Translations under genes and position numbers: made by a program | The notes under the pieces: generated by a model | What the model was told of the DNA's origin: nothing | Databases searched by the model: none | The model's input: only the letters and a program-made list of their open reading frames with translations | Origin: an uncultured Methanosarcinales archaeon | Lineage (GTDB): Archaea; Nanobdellota; Nanobdellia; Woesearchaeales; ARS49 | Assembly: GCA_964637115.1 (NCBI GenBank) | Contig: CAZWVL010000002.1 | Location: 1 to 64,000 of the forward strand | Length of the DNA stretch: 64,000 nt | Direction of reading: 5' to 3' | Shown here: positions 1-9,089 of the stretch, piece by piece | How positions within the stretch are numbered: the first letter of the stretch is position 1 | Layout: each line of letters opens with the position of its first letter

Positions 1-172
1 AGGATGTTATTTCGAAAAATTCAAAAGCAGTTGAAGACTACAAAAAAGGAGAGCAAAAATCACTCATGTTCTTAGTAGGACAGGTCATGCGGGCGTCGAA
101 AGGAACGGCATCCGCGCAAGTGGTGCAGGAACTTCTAAAATCACTGTTGAAATAAAGCATTGAAAGAATATT

Positions 173-1336
173 CTATTGTAAACTTTGCTTTGACGCAGCT
201 TCCAATGGAACGGATTTTTGGCCAGCGATAACTCTGACGCTTGGTGTGATACCTACCACATCTCCATTCTGATCAAAGTGATATTGTCCCAATACACCAT
301 CAAATTTTTTCATAGCGTACAAGTAATCTCTGATGCTGGCGGCATCCTCTCCAACATTCCTTATGGCCTCTGCCAGAATGTACACGGCATCATAGCGCGA
401 TGCAGCAGGAAACTCCAAATCGGGATAACGTCCGAAGAGCTTTTTGTATTTTTCAAACAGTTCTGCCTTCCTAGGAGTATCTGCAACGTCCGGGTCAGCA
501 AAGAAAATCATTCCCTGCGCCTCAGGAAGCTCTTGAACAGTCTTGCTTCCTCCAAAGAAGTTTCCATACACTTTTCCATTATATCCTTGTTTTCGCAATT
601 CTTTCAGTATTGGGATTCCCGTTGCAGGACCAGTGGGGTTGATGAAAACGGCATCAGGTTTTTTTGCAAGTATTTTTGTCACATAGGTAGAGGCATCTTT
701 ATCCCCGACAGGGGTGTTTTCTTCAGAAACAATCTTCCCGCCTTTCTTGCCAAACTCTTCTTTGAAAATGTCCCGGAGATCTGCAGCAAACTCTGTAACT
801 TCTGTCACAATGGCAACTGTTTGATTCGCGCCGATAGTATTAACCATAGTCTGGGCATAATCAAGGTTTGAGTAAGCATTTCTGAATACAAAATCGCCGC
901 TGTTGGTTATTTGTGAACTTGCTGCATACGAGCCCAAAATGAGGATTTGCCGTGGTTCGGTATACGACGCAAGCGGGATAATCTCTTGTGAGCATGACGC
1001 GAGGAGAATGTGCACGTCATCAATCTCCACAAGTTTTCGGGCTGCAGTCAGCGCATCTTCTCCATTGCACTTACCGTCTTCATACTTTACCACAAGTCTT
1101 TTCCCATTTATGCCTTTTTCATTAATTTCTTCCACTGCTAAATCGATGGCGTTTTTTTCAATGAGTCCCCAGTATGCTCCGTCGCCGGTCAATGGCCCGA
1201 TAAAGCCAATCTTGATTACATCTGCTTTGGGCCTGTCTGTTGCGCACCCTGTCAAGAATAACAGGCTCAGAAGCAAGCACAGTGAGACGAGATCCTTTCT
1301 TTGTATTTTGAACATCTTTTGTTTTTGTCGTGTCAT
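173..1336 (-). CDS. Branched-chain amino acid ABC transporter substrate-binding lipoprotein (LivJ/LivK-like)
   Basis: Lipobox LTGC followed by IKIGFIGPLTG and YEDGKC motifs of type 1 periplasmic binding proteins; the exact start is uncertain. Confidence 0.85.
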   Translation of the reverse strand: MTRQKQKMFKIQRKDLVSLCLLLSLLFLTGCATDRPKADVIKIGFIGPLTGDGAYWGLIEKNAIDLAVEEINEKGINGKRLVVKYEDGKCNGEDALTAARKLVEIDDVHILLASCSQEIIPLASYTEPRQILILGSYAASSQITNSGDFVFRNAYSNLDYAQTMVNTIGANQTVAIVTEVTEFAADLRDIFKEEFGKKGGKIVSEENTPVGDKDASTYVTKILAKKPDAVFINPTGPATGIPILKELRKQGYNGKVYGNFFGGSKTVQELPEAQGMIFFADPDVADTPRKAELFEKYKKLFGRYPDLEFPAASRYDAVYILAEAIRNVGEDAASIRDYLYAMKKFDGVLGQYHFDQNGDVVGITPSVRVIAGQKSVPLEAASKQSLQ

Positions 1337-1401
1337 GTTACCCTCTATTCATGTTGTTACTTTGTGATGACAAACTATATTTATATTTTACTCCCCCCTT
1401 A

Positions 1402-2184
1402 ATGGAGAAGAAAAGAGGCTTGCAAACTGTGAAGGAAATCTTAGAAAAAATAGGGCTTACCGTTGGTGAAGCTGAAGTCTATGAGGTTCTGGTAGAAATA
1501 GGCACGACGACTGCTGGGGAAATAATAAAAAAAGCAAACATTGCAAGTTCGAAAGTCTATGATGTACTTCATCGCTTGCAAACAAAAGGTCTGGCAAGCC
1601 ATATTGTGAAGAATGGTGTTCGGTATTATGACGCGACACCTCCTGAGCGGCTGATAGATTTCTTAGAGGAGCGCAAAAATCAGCTAAAAACCGCACAAGA
1701 TGAGATAAGGAAGATTATTCCTGAACTTAAAGCAAAACGTGCCGCCAAAAGAGAAAAAAATGATGTTATCGTCTATACCGGAAGGCAAGGACCACGTATT
1801 GTCCTCAAAGAAACAATAGAGGCAGGAAGAAAAGGAGCGGAATTACTGGGTTTTGGAACAGACGAAGATCCGTACAAAGACTACCTTCCTGCAGATATAG
1901 AACAGCATTTCAGAGAACAGAGAAAATACCACGTAAAATGGAAGCTCCTTTTCACAAGAGGCAAATGGAAAACGCCAAGTCCGCTGGCAGAGACACGATA
2001 TTTGCCAAAAACCTTGGCTCACTTCATTCAGCCAATTCGAACTATGATTTATGGAGATAAAGTTGCGCTTGTTGACTTCACCAGACAGCCCTGGATAACC
2101 ATCATTATCGAGAAAAGCGAGATTGCACAAGCATTCAGACAACAATTTGAATTCTTGTGGAGGATTGCGAAACCAAGGAAATAA
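1402..2184 (+). CDS. TrmB-family transcriptional regulator
   Basis: N-terminal wHTH (LEKIGLTVGEAEVYEVL...SKVYDVLHRLQTKGL) plus effector domain ending FEFLW; start set to ATG 1402. Confidence 0.85.
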   Translation: MEKKRGLQTVKEILEKIGLTVGEAEVYEVLVEIGTTTAGEIIKKANIASSKVYDVLHRLQTKGLASHIVKNGVRYYDATPPERLIDFLEERKNQLKTAQDEIRKIIPELKAKRAAKREKNDVIVYTGRQGPRIVLKETIEAGRKGAELLGFGTDEDPYKDYLPADIEQHFREQRKYHVKWKLLFTRGKWKTPSPLAETRYLPKTLAHFIQPIRTMIYGDKVALVDFTRQPWITIIIEKSEIAQAFRQQFEFLWRIAKPRK

Positions 2185-2220
2185 TCCTGCCCTTTTGGTC
2201 ATTTCTGAAAATAAAATTAC

Positions 2221-2856
2221 TCAGGCCACCAAATGTCCGATAGGCATTGGCAGTGATGGTTTATCCTTATTTGCAGAAACGCGCAAAACAGAATACCCTC
2301 GTGCAAGCGAATATTCACGCCACGCATAATCTGCATGTATGCTTGCCTGAGATTTTTGCATAAGCTCTTCCCATTCTTGATGAATTATTACTTTTTTTCC
2401 ATAGAAATGAAAATTTTGAAATTTATCATCTTTTGATGAGTTGACAATGCAGCCTGGCTGATTGCACACCCCAGCAGCCGCACGTGCAATAACAGAAGGC
2501 ATGTCATCATAAGTCAAGGCAGGCCTTTCTAGATCGGGCCACGCGCTATCGATATCAAGCTGGACAATATGCCTGGGCACCTCTAGGTTACTTTCTAGCA
2601 CTAAGACGCTGGAAGTAATTCCAAGCACCTTTTCTGCACTATCACAGTGCTCCTGTACCAAATTAGACAGCCGGTTCTTACGAAAATAACTTGCAGGCAC
2701 AGGAATGAGTTCGTATGGTTTTACTTCAGCGGGATCAAGTTCATCAGAATCGGCTTCTGAAGGTGCGTAAGTAACAAAATGGAATGTGGCTATATTGTTT
2801 TCTCTGGCCAATCTTCTGATGATAATATCTAAAGGATATTTATGTGGTTTGAACAC
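2221..2856 (-). CDS. Hypothetical protein, possible archaeo-eukaryotic primase (AEP)-superfamily member
   Basis: HIVQLDID (hhhDhD), a later NFHFYG (His motif) and C-terminal GYSVLRVS; GTG start 2856 lies directly after the mre11 stop. Confidence 0.45.
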   Translation of the reverse strand: MFKPHKYPLDIIIRRLARENNIATFHFVTYAPSEADSDELDPAEVKPYELIPVPASYFRKNRLSNLVQEHCDSAEKVLGITSSVLVLESNLEVPRHIVQLDIDSAWPDLERPALTYDDMPSVIARAAAGVCNQPGCIVNSSKDDKFQNFHFYGKKVIIHQEWEELMQKSQASIHADYAWREYSLARGYSVLRVSANKDKPSLPMPIGHLVA

Positions 2857-2857
2857 T

Positions 2858-4063
2858 TTAATTTCCCCCAAATAAACTATCCAACTCAGAATGCAACCTC
2901 GAATCAAAATCGGCATTTCTCTCGCCTTCTGCTTTTTCTGCTGATAAAGCGTGCATCAATTTCTTTGCGAGTTCAACGTCATTGGCAGACAATTTGAACT
3001 GGCCGGCGTGCTGCTGCAAGAGAGAAGTTTCAACTTCCTCAACATTTGACTCTTTAACCATGATAATTTCCATTTCCTTGCTAGTAAATGCGTTCGTGTT
3101 CTTCATCACAAAATATGCTTTCTTCATATAAGCATCATGGAACAAATCGTTCCAGCGCACATCTGCTGGTCTGCCCTGCTTTAAGCAGCCGGAAACGCGG
3201 ATAGTTACGAGAGCACTTGTTAAATCGTTTTTCAGCAGATGCTGTTTGACCAAATTTTCAACTTCAGTTGGAGTTTTCTGTTCAGCATCAATAGAAATGC
3301 AGACAGTCGGGTATACTGTTAATGGAACGTGCTGGATATTGCCATTGTCCACAATCACAAAACTGCCGTGCTTTAATTTTTCAACTTCAGAAAAATTGTT
3401 CGGAAAAATCGGGCCAGGGTAGACGATGTTCTTGTACTTGCCAATTGTCTGCTTGTCCACAACGTGCACGTGGCCGCCGGCATAATAATCAAAACCGGCA
3501 GGCATGAGAGAAACGGCCATCGCGTCCATCTCTTCCAAATCCTTGGGCTTCAATTCTGCCAAAGCGCTGTGGAACATGAAAATCTTGAAGCCAGGCTCTT
3601 TTTCTAAATGCTCCTTGGCAAGATGATGATAATAACTCGTTTCAAGGCCGCCTTTCTTGCCAAGCATGCCGGTAATCTTTGCTCCGGTCTTATTGTCAAC
3701 AGTAAAATGCAACTTTATCTTGTTGTCGTGAGTCTCTTCGCCTCGTGCAACATTAGTTGCAAGACCGGCATGCTCCAAAACGTCAAGCATAGTCTTGCCA
3801 CTTGGCGAGAAATCGTGGCTGCCGGCAATATAATAGATGGGGATGCTGGCATCCTTGACTTTTTTTATCTGCTCAACAGCCATCTTTAAACTGTCAATGC
3901 CTGGCACTGCTGTGTTAAAGAGGTCGCCTGAAATCAGGACAAAGTCAACTTTTTCTGAAAGACATTTTTCTATCGCCATTATGAACGATTTAGAATTTGC
4001 ATCCCTGAGTTTCGGCTCGCGCCAGCCGCCGATGTGGCAATCTGAGAGATGTGCGAACTTCAT
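2858..4063 (-). CDS. mre11: DNA double-strand break repair nuclease Mre11/SbcD
   Basis: Calcineurin-like motifs [22 protein letters not shown] and GGHVH. Confidence 0.9.
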   Translation of the reverse strand: MKFAHLSDCHIGGWREPKLRDANSKSFIMAIEKCLSEKVDFVLISGDLFNTAVPGIDSLKMAVEQIKKVKDASIPIYYIAGSHDFSPSGKTMLDVLEHAGLATNVARGEETHDNKIKLHFTVDNKTGAKITGMLGKKGGLETSYYHHLAKEHLEKEPGFKIFMFHSALAELKPKDLEEMDAMAVSLMPAGFDYYAGGHVHVVDKQTIGKYKNIVYPGPIFPNNFSEVEKLKHGSFVIVDNGNIQHVPLTVYPTVCISIDAEQKTPTEVENLVKQHLLKNDLTSALVTIRVSGCLKQGRPADVRWNDLFHDAYMKKAYFVMKNTNAFTSKEMEIIMVKESNVEEVETSLLQQHAGQFKLSANDVELAKKLMHALSAEKAEGERNADFDSRLHSELDSLFGGN

Positions 4064-5562
4064 GATAATTTGAGCCCTCCAAAACTCTGTTTCGGTTTAA
4101 CAATTGCTTTGCGCTCTTCGTGTAAAACTTTAATTGGCATAGCAAAACTCAGGAAATTGCTTGTAACAATTGCTTCGCCCTTGTCAAGAGATGCAATCAT
4201 CCTGTCATCACTGCTCAAGTCCTGCGCTGCACTTTCTATGATGGCTTGACGCTCCGGCTTAAGTTCAATACCTAAAATAATTTTCGTATTTATATTAGCA
4301 AGCACTTCCCTTGGAATCAAGGAAGGAAGCTGAGTAATGGCGAGCAAACCAACATTAAACTTCCTGCCTTCGCGCGCAATTGTTGAAAAAACGTTTGGTC
4401 CTCTTTCAAGAACATCTTTGCCAAGAACTCTAGGAGCTTCCTCGAGAACAATGCTGACAACAGGCCTTGATTTTAATTCCGGCAATGAATAAGTCTTATG
4501 ACGTTCAAGAACCATGTGCGCAATCATGCTTCCAACCAAAATTTCTACATTACCATGAAAAGAACTTGTATCAATAATGACGGTTTTTCCCTGCTGCAAA
4601 GCGTTTACAATGTCCGGAATTGTTGTCTGGCCGGCATTAATGTCAAAAATACCTCGGCAAATGATGTTTTCCTCATCAATATCCAAGCTCAACAAGTTAA
4701 TCATTGTACGCTTGACAACAGCCAAAGTACCCTCATGGAACTTCTGATTAGGAAGATCGTGTTCGCGCAATATCGCCTCAATCCAAGAATCCTTAAAAGA
4801 ATTATAGTAAGCGGCCAAAGCCTGCTTTTGAGCATCGGTCCAGGAAACAGCGCCGTCAAAATGCCGGGGAGTAAGCTGGCCAATATGAATTTTCAATGTG
4901 CGTGTGCCAGGCGGCGGAGAGTGAGGAGTGTAATAGACAACCTGCTCGCGCGCATCAGGATGCTTTTCTAACTTATCATAATATTCATCGTGAGGGTCAA
5001 GTACGAGCATAGCATTGTATCCCTTACCGAGCGTGTCCCACAATATATTAGTCATTAACACACTCTTGCCCCTGCCAGTCGTTCCTGCGATCAAGACATG
5101 ATGACTGAGTGCATCCCTTCCATTGATAGAAACGGACACGTCAAGCACTTTAGAACCGCTTCTTAATTTGCCAAGAAACAACGGATTAAGAGGAGTAGTC
5201 AAGAAAGTAACATCATTTGCAGTAATCTCACGCACTTTTGTAAAAAAAGTCGGCAAGGTCTTCGCACTTCTGGAAGTTTGCTGCTGGATAAATGCCAGAT
5301 TTTTCAAGCGCGCGAGAACATAAGTGCGCAGTTTAGCATCCATAAGCTCAAGCTTGTCATCTTCTTCAAGCTTAAGGCCGGAAATAAGCTCGAGATGCTG
5401 CTGCGTCAGCTGAGAACCATACAGCAAATCAAACGCCTGCAAAAGAATCTGCCCATTTTTGGTATCCGCAATCAGCAATTCTCCCAACTCAAGCGCTTCA
5501 TCAGTCTTCTGCCTAACAAGAATATTTCCAAACTCGCCCCCAATAATCAACCCTTTAGTCAT
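4060..5562 (-). CDS. herA: HerA helicase (HAS barrel + FtsK/HerA ATPase)
   Basis: Walker [32 protein letters not shown] and TQLPS motifs; stop overlaps the mre11 start; start set to ATG 5562. Confidence 0.9.
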   Translation of the reverse strand: MTKGLIIGGEFGNILVRQKTDEALELGELLIADTKNGQILLQAFDLLYGSQLTQQHLELISGLKLEEDDKLELMDAKLRTYVLARLKNLAFIQQQTSRSAKTLPTFFTKVREITANDVTFLTTPLNPLFLGKLRSGSKVLDVSVSINGRDALSHHVLIAGTTGRGKSVLMTNILWDTLGKGYNAMLVLDPHDEYYDKLEKHPDAREQVVYYTPHSPPPGTRTLKIHIGQLTPRHFDGAVSWTDAQKQALAAYYNSFKDSWIEAILREHDLPNQKFHEGTLAVVKRTMINLLSLDIDEENIICRGIFDINAGQTTIPDIVNALQQGKTVIIDTSSFHGNVEILVGSMIAHMVLERHKTYSLPELKSRPVVSIVLEEAPRVLGKDVLERGPNVFSTIAREGRKFNVGLLAITQLPSLIPREVLANINTKIILGIELKPERQAIIESAAQDLSSDDRMIASLDKGEAIVTSNFLSFAMPIKVLHEERKAIVKPKQSFGGLKLS

Positions 5563-5825
5563 GTCGGAAATCCTGGCTCGGAAACCATTGACTTTGGTCG
5601 CAGGATTTCCGAGCATGCTCAAGAACCACCACAATCGATTATAATTAATTGGTGGTTCTTGACACGACGACAAATTTTGATTTTTGGCGCTATATATTAT
5701 TTGTGTAAGTGGAAAATAGACATAAGATTTATAACAAGAAGGATGATTAACATGTGTAATGAAAAGAGATGCACGCTGAAATGAATTTCAGCTGGGCTTC
5801 TCTTTGAGTCATAGGGAATGTTACA

Positions 5826-6011
5826 ATGAAAAGAGAAGTGCTAAAGGCAATGGCAAAAGCGAAGGAATTGGAAAAAATTCCTCAGCCAACCAAAGAAGAA
5901 ATCGTTTCAATCTATAAAGCAGGTCTTGAAGAAGCGGAAAAGCTAAGAAAACTTCTCAGACCAGAATGGTTCATGCATGATATTGATGTAAAGAAGAAGC
6001 GCAAGAAATAG
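5826..6011 (+). CDS. Small hypothetical protein (61 aa, basic C-terminus)
   Basis: Open ORF in an otherwise unoccupied region with protein-like composition; no motif recognised. Confidence 0.45.
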   Translation: MKREVLKAMAKAKELEKIPQPTKEEIVSIYKAGLEEAEKLRKLLRPEWFMHDIDVKKKRKK

Positions 6012-6160
6012 TTTCTGAAATATCGACGGCAACATGACGTTTCACCGTCGAGGAAAAAGAAAACTTTATAAAGCACAGCACTTTTTCAAAAAGAATTGAA
6101 TATCGACGGGGGAAGGTTTAATTTTTAAGAACCTTCTGAAAAAAGACGGAGGAAAACAAA

Positions 6161-6391
6161 ATGGCAGAAAAAGTTGCAAAAGTTGGCGTAAAGAAAGCAG
6201 ACGGCTATCTCTACTTTGTAGACAAGGCAGGAGACGTCTCAAGGGCAAAGATGGCACGCGGCCGCAAGGGAAAAGCTGGCAAGTCAGAGAAAGTCGCAAA
6301 AGTCGGCGTTAAGAAAGTTTCTGGCTACTTGTATTTCGTTGACAAGTCCGGTGATGTGTCACGCGCAAAGATGGCACGCGGCGGCAGATAA
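6161..6391 (+). CDS. Small Lys-rich protein made of two 32-aa repeats (putative nucleic-acid-binding protein)
   Basis: GGAGG SD upstream and T-rich terminator downstream; the two repeats are 29/32 identical in protein, with many synonymous DNA differences. Confidence 0.8.
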   Translation: MAEKVAKVGVKKADGYLYFVDKAGDVSRAKMARGRKGKAGKSEKVAKVGVKKVSGYLYFVDKSGDVSRAKMARGGR

Positions 6392-6426
6392 ATTATTTTT
6401 TTTCTTTAATATTTTTTTTGTTTTTT
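6392..6426 (+). terminator. Oligo-T archaeal-type terminator
   Basis: Several T runs directly after the stop at 6391. Confidence 0.55.
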
Positions 6427-6586
6427 AGACGAATTCTGATGTGATGAATAGACAAGCTCGTGGCCTTTGGTTCAGTTTTTTTCTCCCCACGCAAGCGAGG
6501 GGAGAGAGATTGACAATAAAACACTTCTCCAACGAAAACTATATATACTTACTCCGTGGACAAATGATTATCAAAAAGGTGGGTGC

Positions 6587-7216
6587 ATGCTCAAGAAAAT
6601 CAAGAATTTTTTCATGAACTTTTTCGGAGGACCTAAGCAAAATTTTAAGCTCGGTCTCTATGGTCCGCCAAACTCAGGCAAAACAACCCTTGCCAACAAA
6701 ATCTGCCTTGACTGGCTCGGCGAAGAAATGGGAAAAGTTTCAACCATCGCGCATGAAACCAGAGAAGTAAATGTCAAGGAAAAAATTTCCATCAAAGGAA
6801 AAAGCGGAAAAGAACTCACGTTCAATCTTGTTGACACGCCCGGCATCGCAACCAAAATAGATTATGAAGACTTTATGAAATCAGGAATGTCAGCAAGTCA
6901 AGCAAGAAAAAGAGCTCGAGAAGCGACAAAAGGAGTCATTGAAAGCATCAAATGGCTTGATGAAGTGGACACGGTCCTGGTAGTTCTCGACGGCACTGAA
7001 GACCCGTATTCACAAGTTAACGTTACTATAATTGGCAATCTGGCGGCACGAAACATTCCAGTGTTAATTGTTGCCAACAAAGCAGACCTGAGAAAATGCA
7101 AAATCAAGAAAGTACAGTCAGCATTCCCCCAATACGAAGTAATGGGCATAAGCGCAAAATACGGCAAGAACATAGACAAATTATACGAAAAACTTTTCGA
7201 GCTTGCGAGGCAATAA
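6587..7216 (+). CDS. oapA: Small GTPase OapA/ArvA
   Basis: G1 GPPNSGKT, G3 DTPG and G4 NKAD; followed by DUF2073-like and Zn-ribbon genes; start set to ATG 6587. Confidence 0.8.
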   Translation: MLKKIKNFFMNFFGGPKQNFKLGLYGPPNSGKTTLANKICLDWLGEEMGKVSTIAHETREVNVKEKISIKGKSGKELTFNLVDTPGIATKIDYEDFMKSGMSASQARKRAREATKGVIESIKWLDEVDTVLVVLDGTEDPYSQVNVTIIGNLAARNIPVLIVANKADLRKCKIKKVQSAFPQYEVMGISAKYGKNIDKLYEKLFELARQ

Positions 7217-7597
7217 ATGGTCACAATACAATTCGTTCCTTACACCGAAATCGAAGGACTTAGCGGACTCGGAAAAATCAGAAAACTCCTCAACATTGCA
7301 AAAATGAACAAGATAGTAATGCTGCAGGGCAGACTGAAAAAAGAGGAAGAAGTAGAGCTTATCAAGACAACCATGGAAGAAATTGACAAGAAGTTCAAAG
7401 GCATTGAAATGGCAGTAATTAATCCGACGCAAACAGCTAAAGACGGATTTCAAAAATTCAAGTACAGCATGCTTAACACCTTTTTTGGAGACACGCAAGG
7501 CCTTACAATTATTGGACCAAGCAACATAGTCAAGAGCATTAAAAAAGACCCGAACAAAATAGAACTTCTCACACAGGAGGCGCGCAAGCGCAAGTAA
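7217..7597 (+). CDS. oapB: DUF2073-family protein OapB/ArvB
   Basis: Abuts the GTPase stop; LQGRLKKEEE, FKGIEM and GLTIIGPSN are typical of the family. Confidence 0.75.
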   Translation: MVTIQFVPYTEIEGLSGLGKIRKLLNIAKMNKIVMLQGRLKKEEEVELIKTTMEEIDKKFKGIEMAVINPTQTAKDGFQKFKYSMLNTFFGDTQGLTIIGPSNIVKSIKKDPNKIELLTQEARKRK

Positions 7598-7600
7598 ACA

Positions 7601-7981
7601 ATGCCGCACCAGTGCGTCAGATGCAGTATATTTTATGAAGACGGCGCACAAGAAATCCTCAAAGGATGCCCCTGCGGTGCAAGATTATTCTTCTTCATCA
7701 AAAAAGAAAAGCTGGAAGCAGCAAGGAAAGTACTCCCTACAGCGCTGCCTCCAGAACAAAAGAAACAGATAGAACAAGATGTTCTCAACTTGGTAGGGTA
7801 CAAGGAAGATTTGCCTGTCATATTGGACTTTGAATCAGTCCGCGTAATAGAGCCAGGCAAGTATGAACTTGATCTCGTTCAATTGTTCAAAGGAGCCCCT
7901 CTCATATTCAAACTTGAAGAAGGCAAGTACGTTATAGATATAGTGGAAAGCTTTGAACGGCTTCGAAAGCCCAAAAAGTAA
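7601..7981 (+). CDS. oapC: Zn-ribbon protein OapC/ArvC (DUF2072)
   Basis: MPHQCVRC...GCPCGARLF and ESVRVIEPGKYELDL; third gene of the conserved triad. Confidence 0.8.
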   Translation: MPHQCVRCSIFYEDGAQEILKGCPCGARLFFFIKKEKLEAARKVLPTALPPEQKKQIEQDVLNLVGYKEDLPVILDFESVRVIEPGKYELDLVQLFKGAPLIFKLEEGKYVIDIVESFERLRKPKK

Positions 7982-8104
7982 ACGTCGCATTAATAATCAA
8001 ATGGGCGACGTTTACTATCCTCGACTTTTGCTCATTCAAAAGGCAAAAGTCAAGGAAAAATAAACAACAAATCCAAAACTAGCTCAGTATACGTTTTAGT
8101 AACA

Positions 8105-8112
8105 TTTATATA
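8105..8112 (+). promoter_or_regulatory. TATA box upstream of ORF 8209
   Basis: TTTATATA about 100 nt before the ATG; GAGGTG SD at about 8195-8200. Confidence 0.5.
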
Positions 8113-8208
8113 TTAGAACCAGTTAAGAATGCCTATTAAGTTCAAATGAGGCAGAGCCGAACTGGGTTCGGCTGGTCTCAAATTTAAAAAATTTGAGGTG
8201 ATTACATT

Positions 8209-8754
8209 ATGGAAGAAGAACACCGAGGAATAGCACTCGTCATTCTTGGAATCATAGCGATTATTGCGGTCATTGGGCTCGTGCTCATGTTCTCAGGCGC
8301 AAAAAAGAGCGCGGGAGCCGTATTTACAAACGTTGTTGTCACAAAGGAAGGTCTTCCATGTGACAGCCCGTGCACAGTTTTTCCAAGCGGAAACACGTAT
8401 GACACGAGAATGATGGGACTCAGAGTAGACTTGCAAAACAGAGGCTGGGTATCCCTTGGCACAGTAAAAATTGACGGTACTACAAGAACAGGCTATATTT
8501 CAGCACAAACACCAGGCGGTTGGAACGATCCAGTCCTAGAATGCTGGTGCCCGCCAAAAGGCATCCCGCAGTTCCTTCCAACAAATGAATATGCTGCAAT
8601 AGTACCGGGCCAATCAAGCGGCGCAGCACAATATGCAGGCAGATACCCAGGAACACCAGTTGACCAATACACAGACATTCAGTTCCCAGGCGGACCTGCA
8701 CAGGCAATTGGACAGGTTCCGGATTATCCATACCCGGCAAGCCTGAACAAGTAA
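8209..8754 (+). CDS. Membrane-anchored surface protein with a class III (pilin-like) signal-peptide-like N-terminus
   Basis: MEEEHRG|IALVILGIIAIIAVIGLVLMF; four Cys; Pro/Gly/Tyr-rich C-terminus. Confidence 0.65.
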   Translation: MEEEHRGIALVILGIIAIIAVIGLVLMFSGAKKSAGAVFTNVVVTKEGLPCDSPCTVFPSGNTYDTRMMGLRVDLQNRGWVSLGTVKIDGTTRTGYISAQTPGGWNDPVLECWCPPKGIPQFLPTNEYAAIVPGQSSGAAQYAGRYPGTPVDQYTDIQFPGGPAQAIGQVPDYPYPASLNK

Positions 8755-9089
8755 TGCGTTTTTATTTTTTTATTCTTATTTCTATTTTTTTAATAAGTAT
8801 TGTGACGGTCATAACAATCAATTCTATCACTGGAAATGTCGTCAACACACCCAACTGTCCAGGAGGGCATACGTATGCCTTCTATAGAACAGTTGAGGAA
8901 AAACAACGCGCAGAAGCGATGTGGGAGGAGGCAGGATTTGTGCCGGTAAGCTATGAGGTAGCCCCGGAAAGTTTCCACGCCTCAGGCAGGATAGGGGTTA
9001 TGTGCATACGACCAAAGACAATGCAAGAATTAGGCCAAGAACAATTTCTCCCACACGACAGAGTCGTAACTGAAGGTTCGTCAATCTGA
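8754..9089 (+). CDS. N-terminally anchored hypothetical protein
   Basis: Stop/start overlap (TAATG) with ORF 8209; one TM helix followed by ITGNVV; two Cys. Confidence 0.65.
   Translation: MRFYFFILISIFLISIVTVITINSITGNVVNTPNCPGGHTYAFYRTVEEKQRAEAMWEEAGFVPVSYEVAPESFHASGRIGVMCIRPKTMQELGQEQFLPHDRVVTEGSSI

Noticed and set aside
6436-6475. CTGA and GTGATGA as a possible box C/D sRNA
   Set aside because: The boxes are in the wrong order and no downstream D box was found on either strand.
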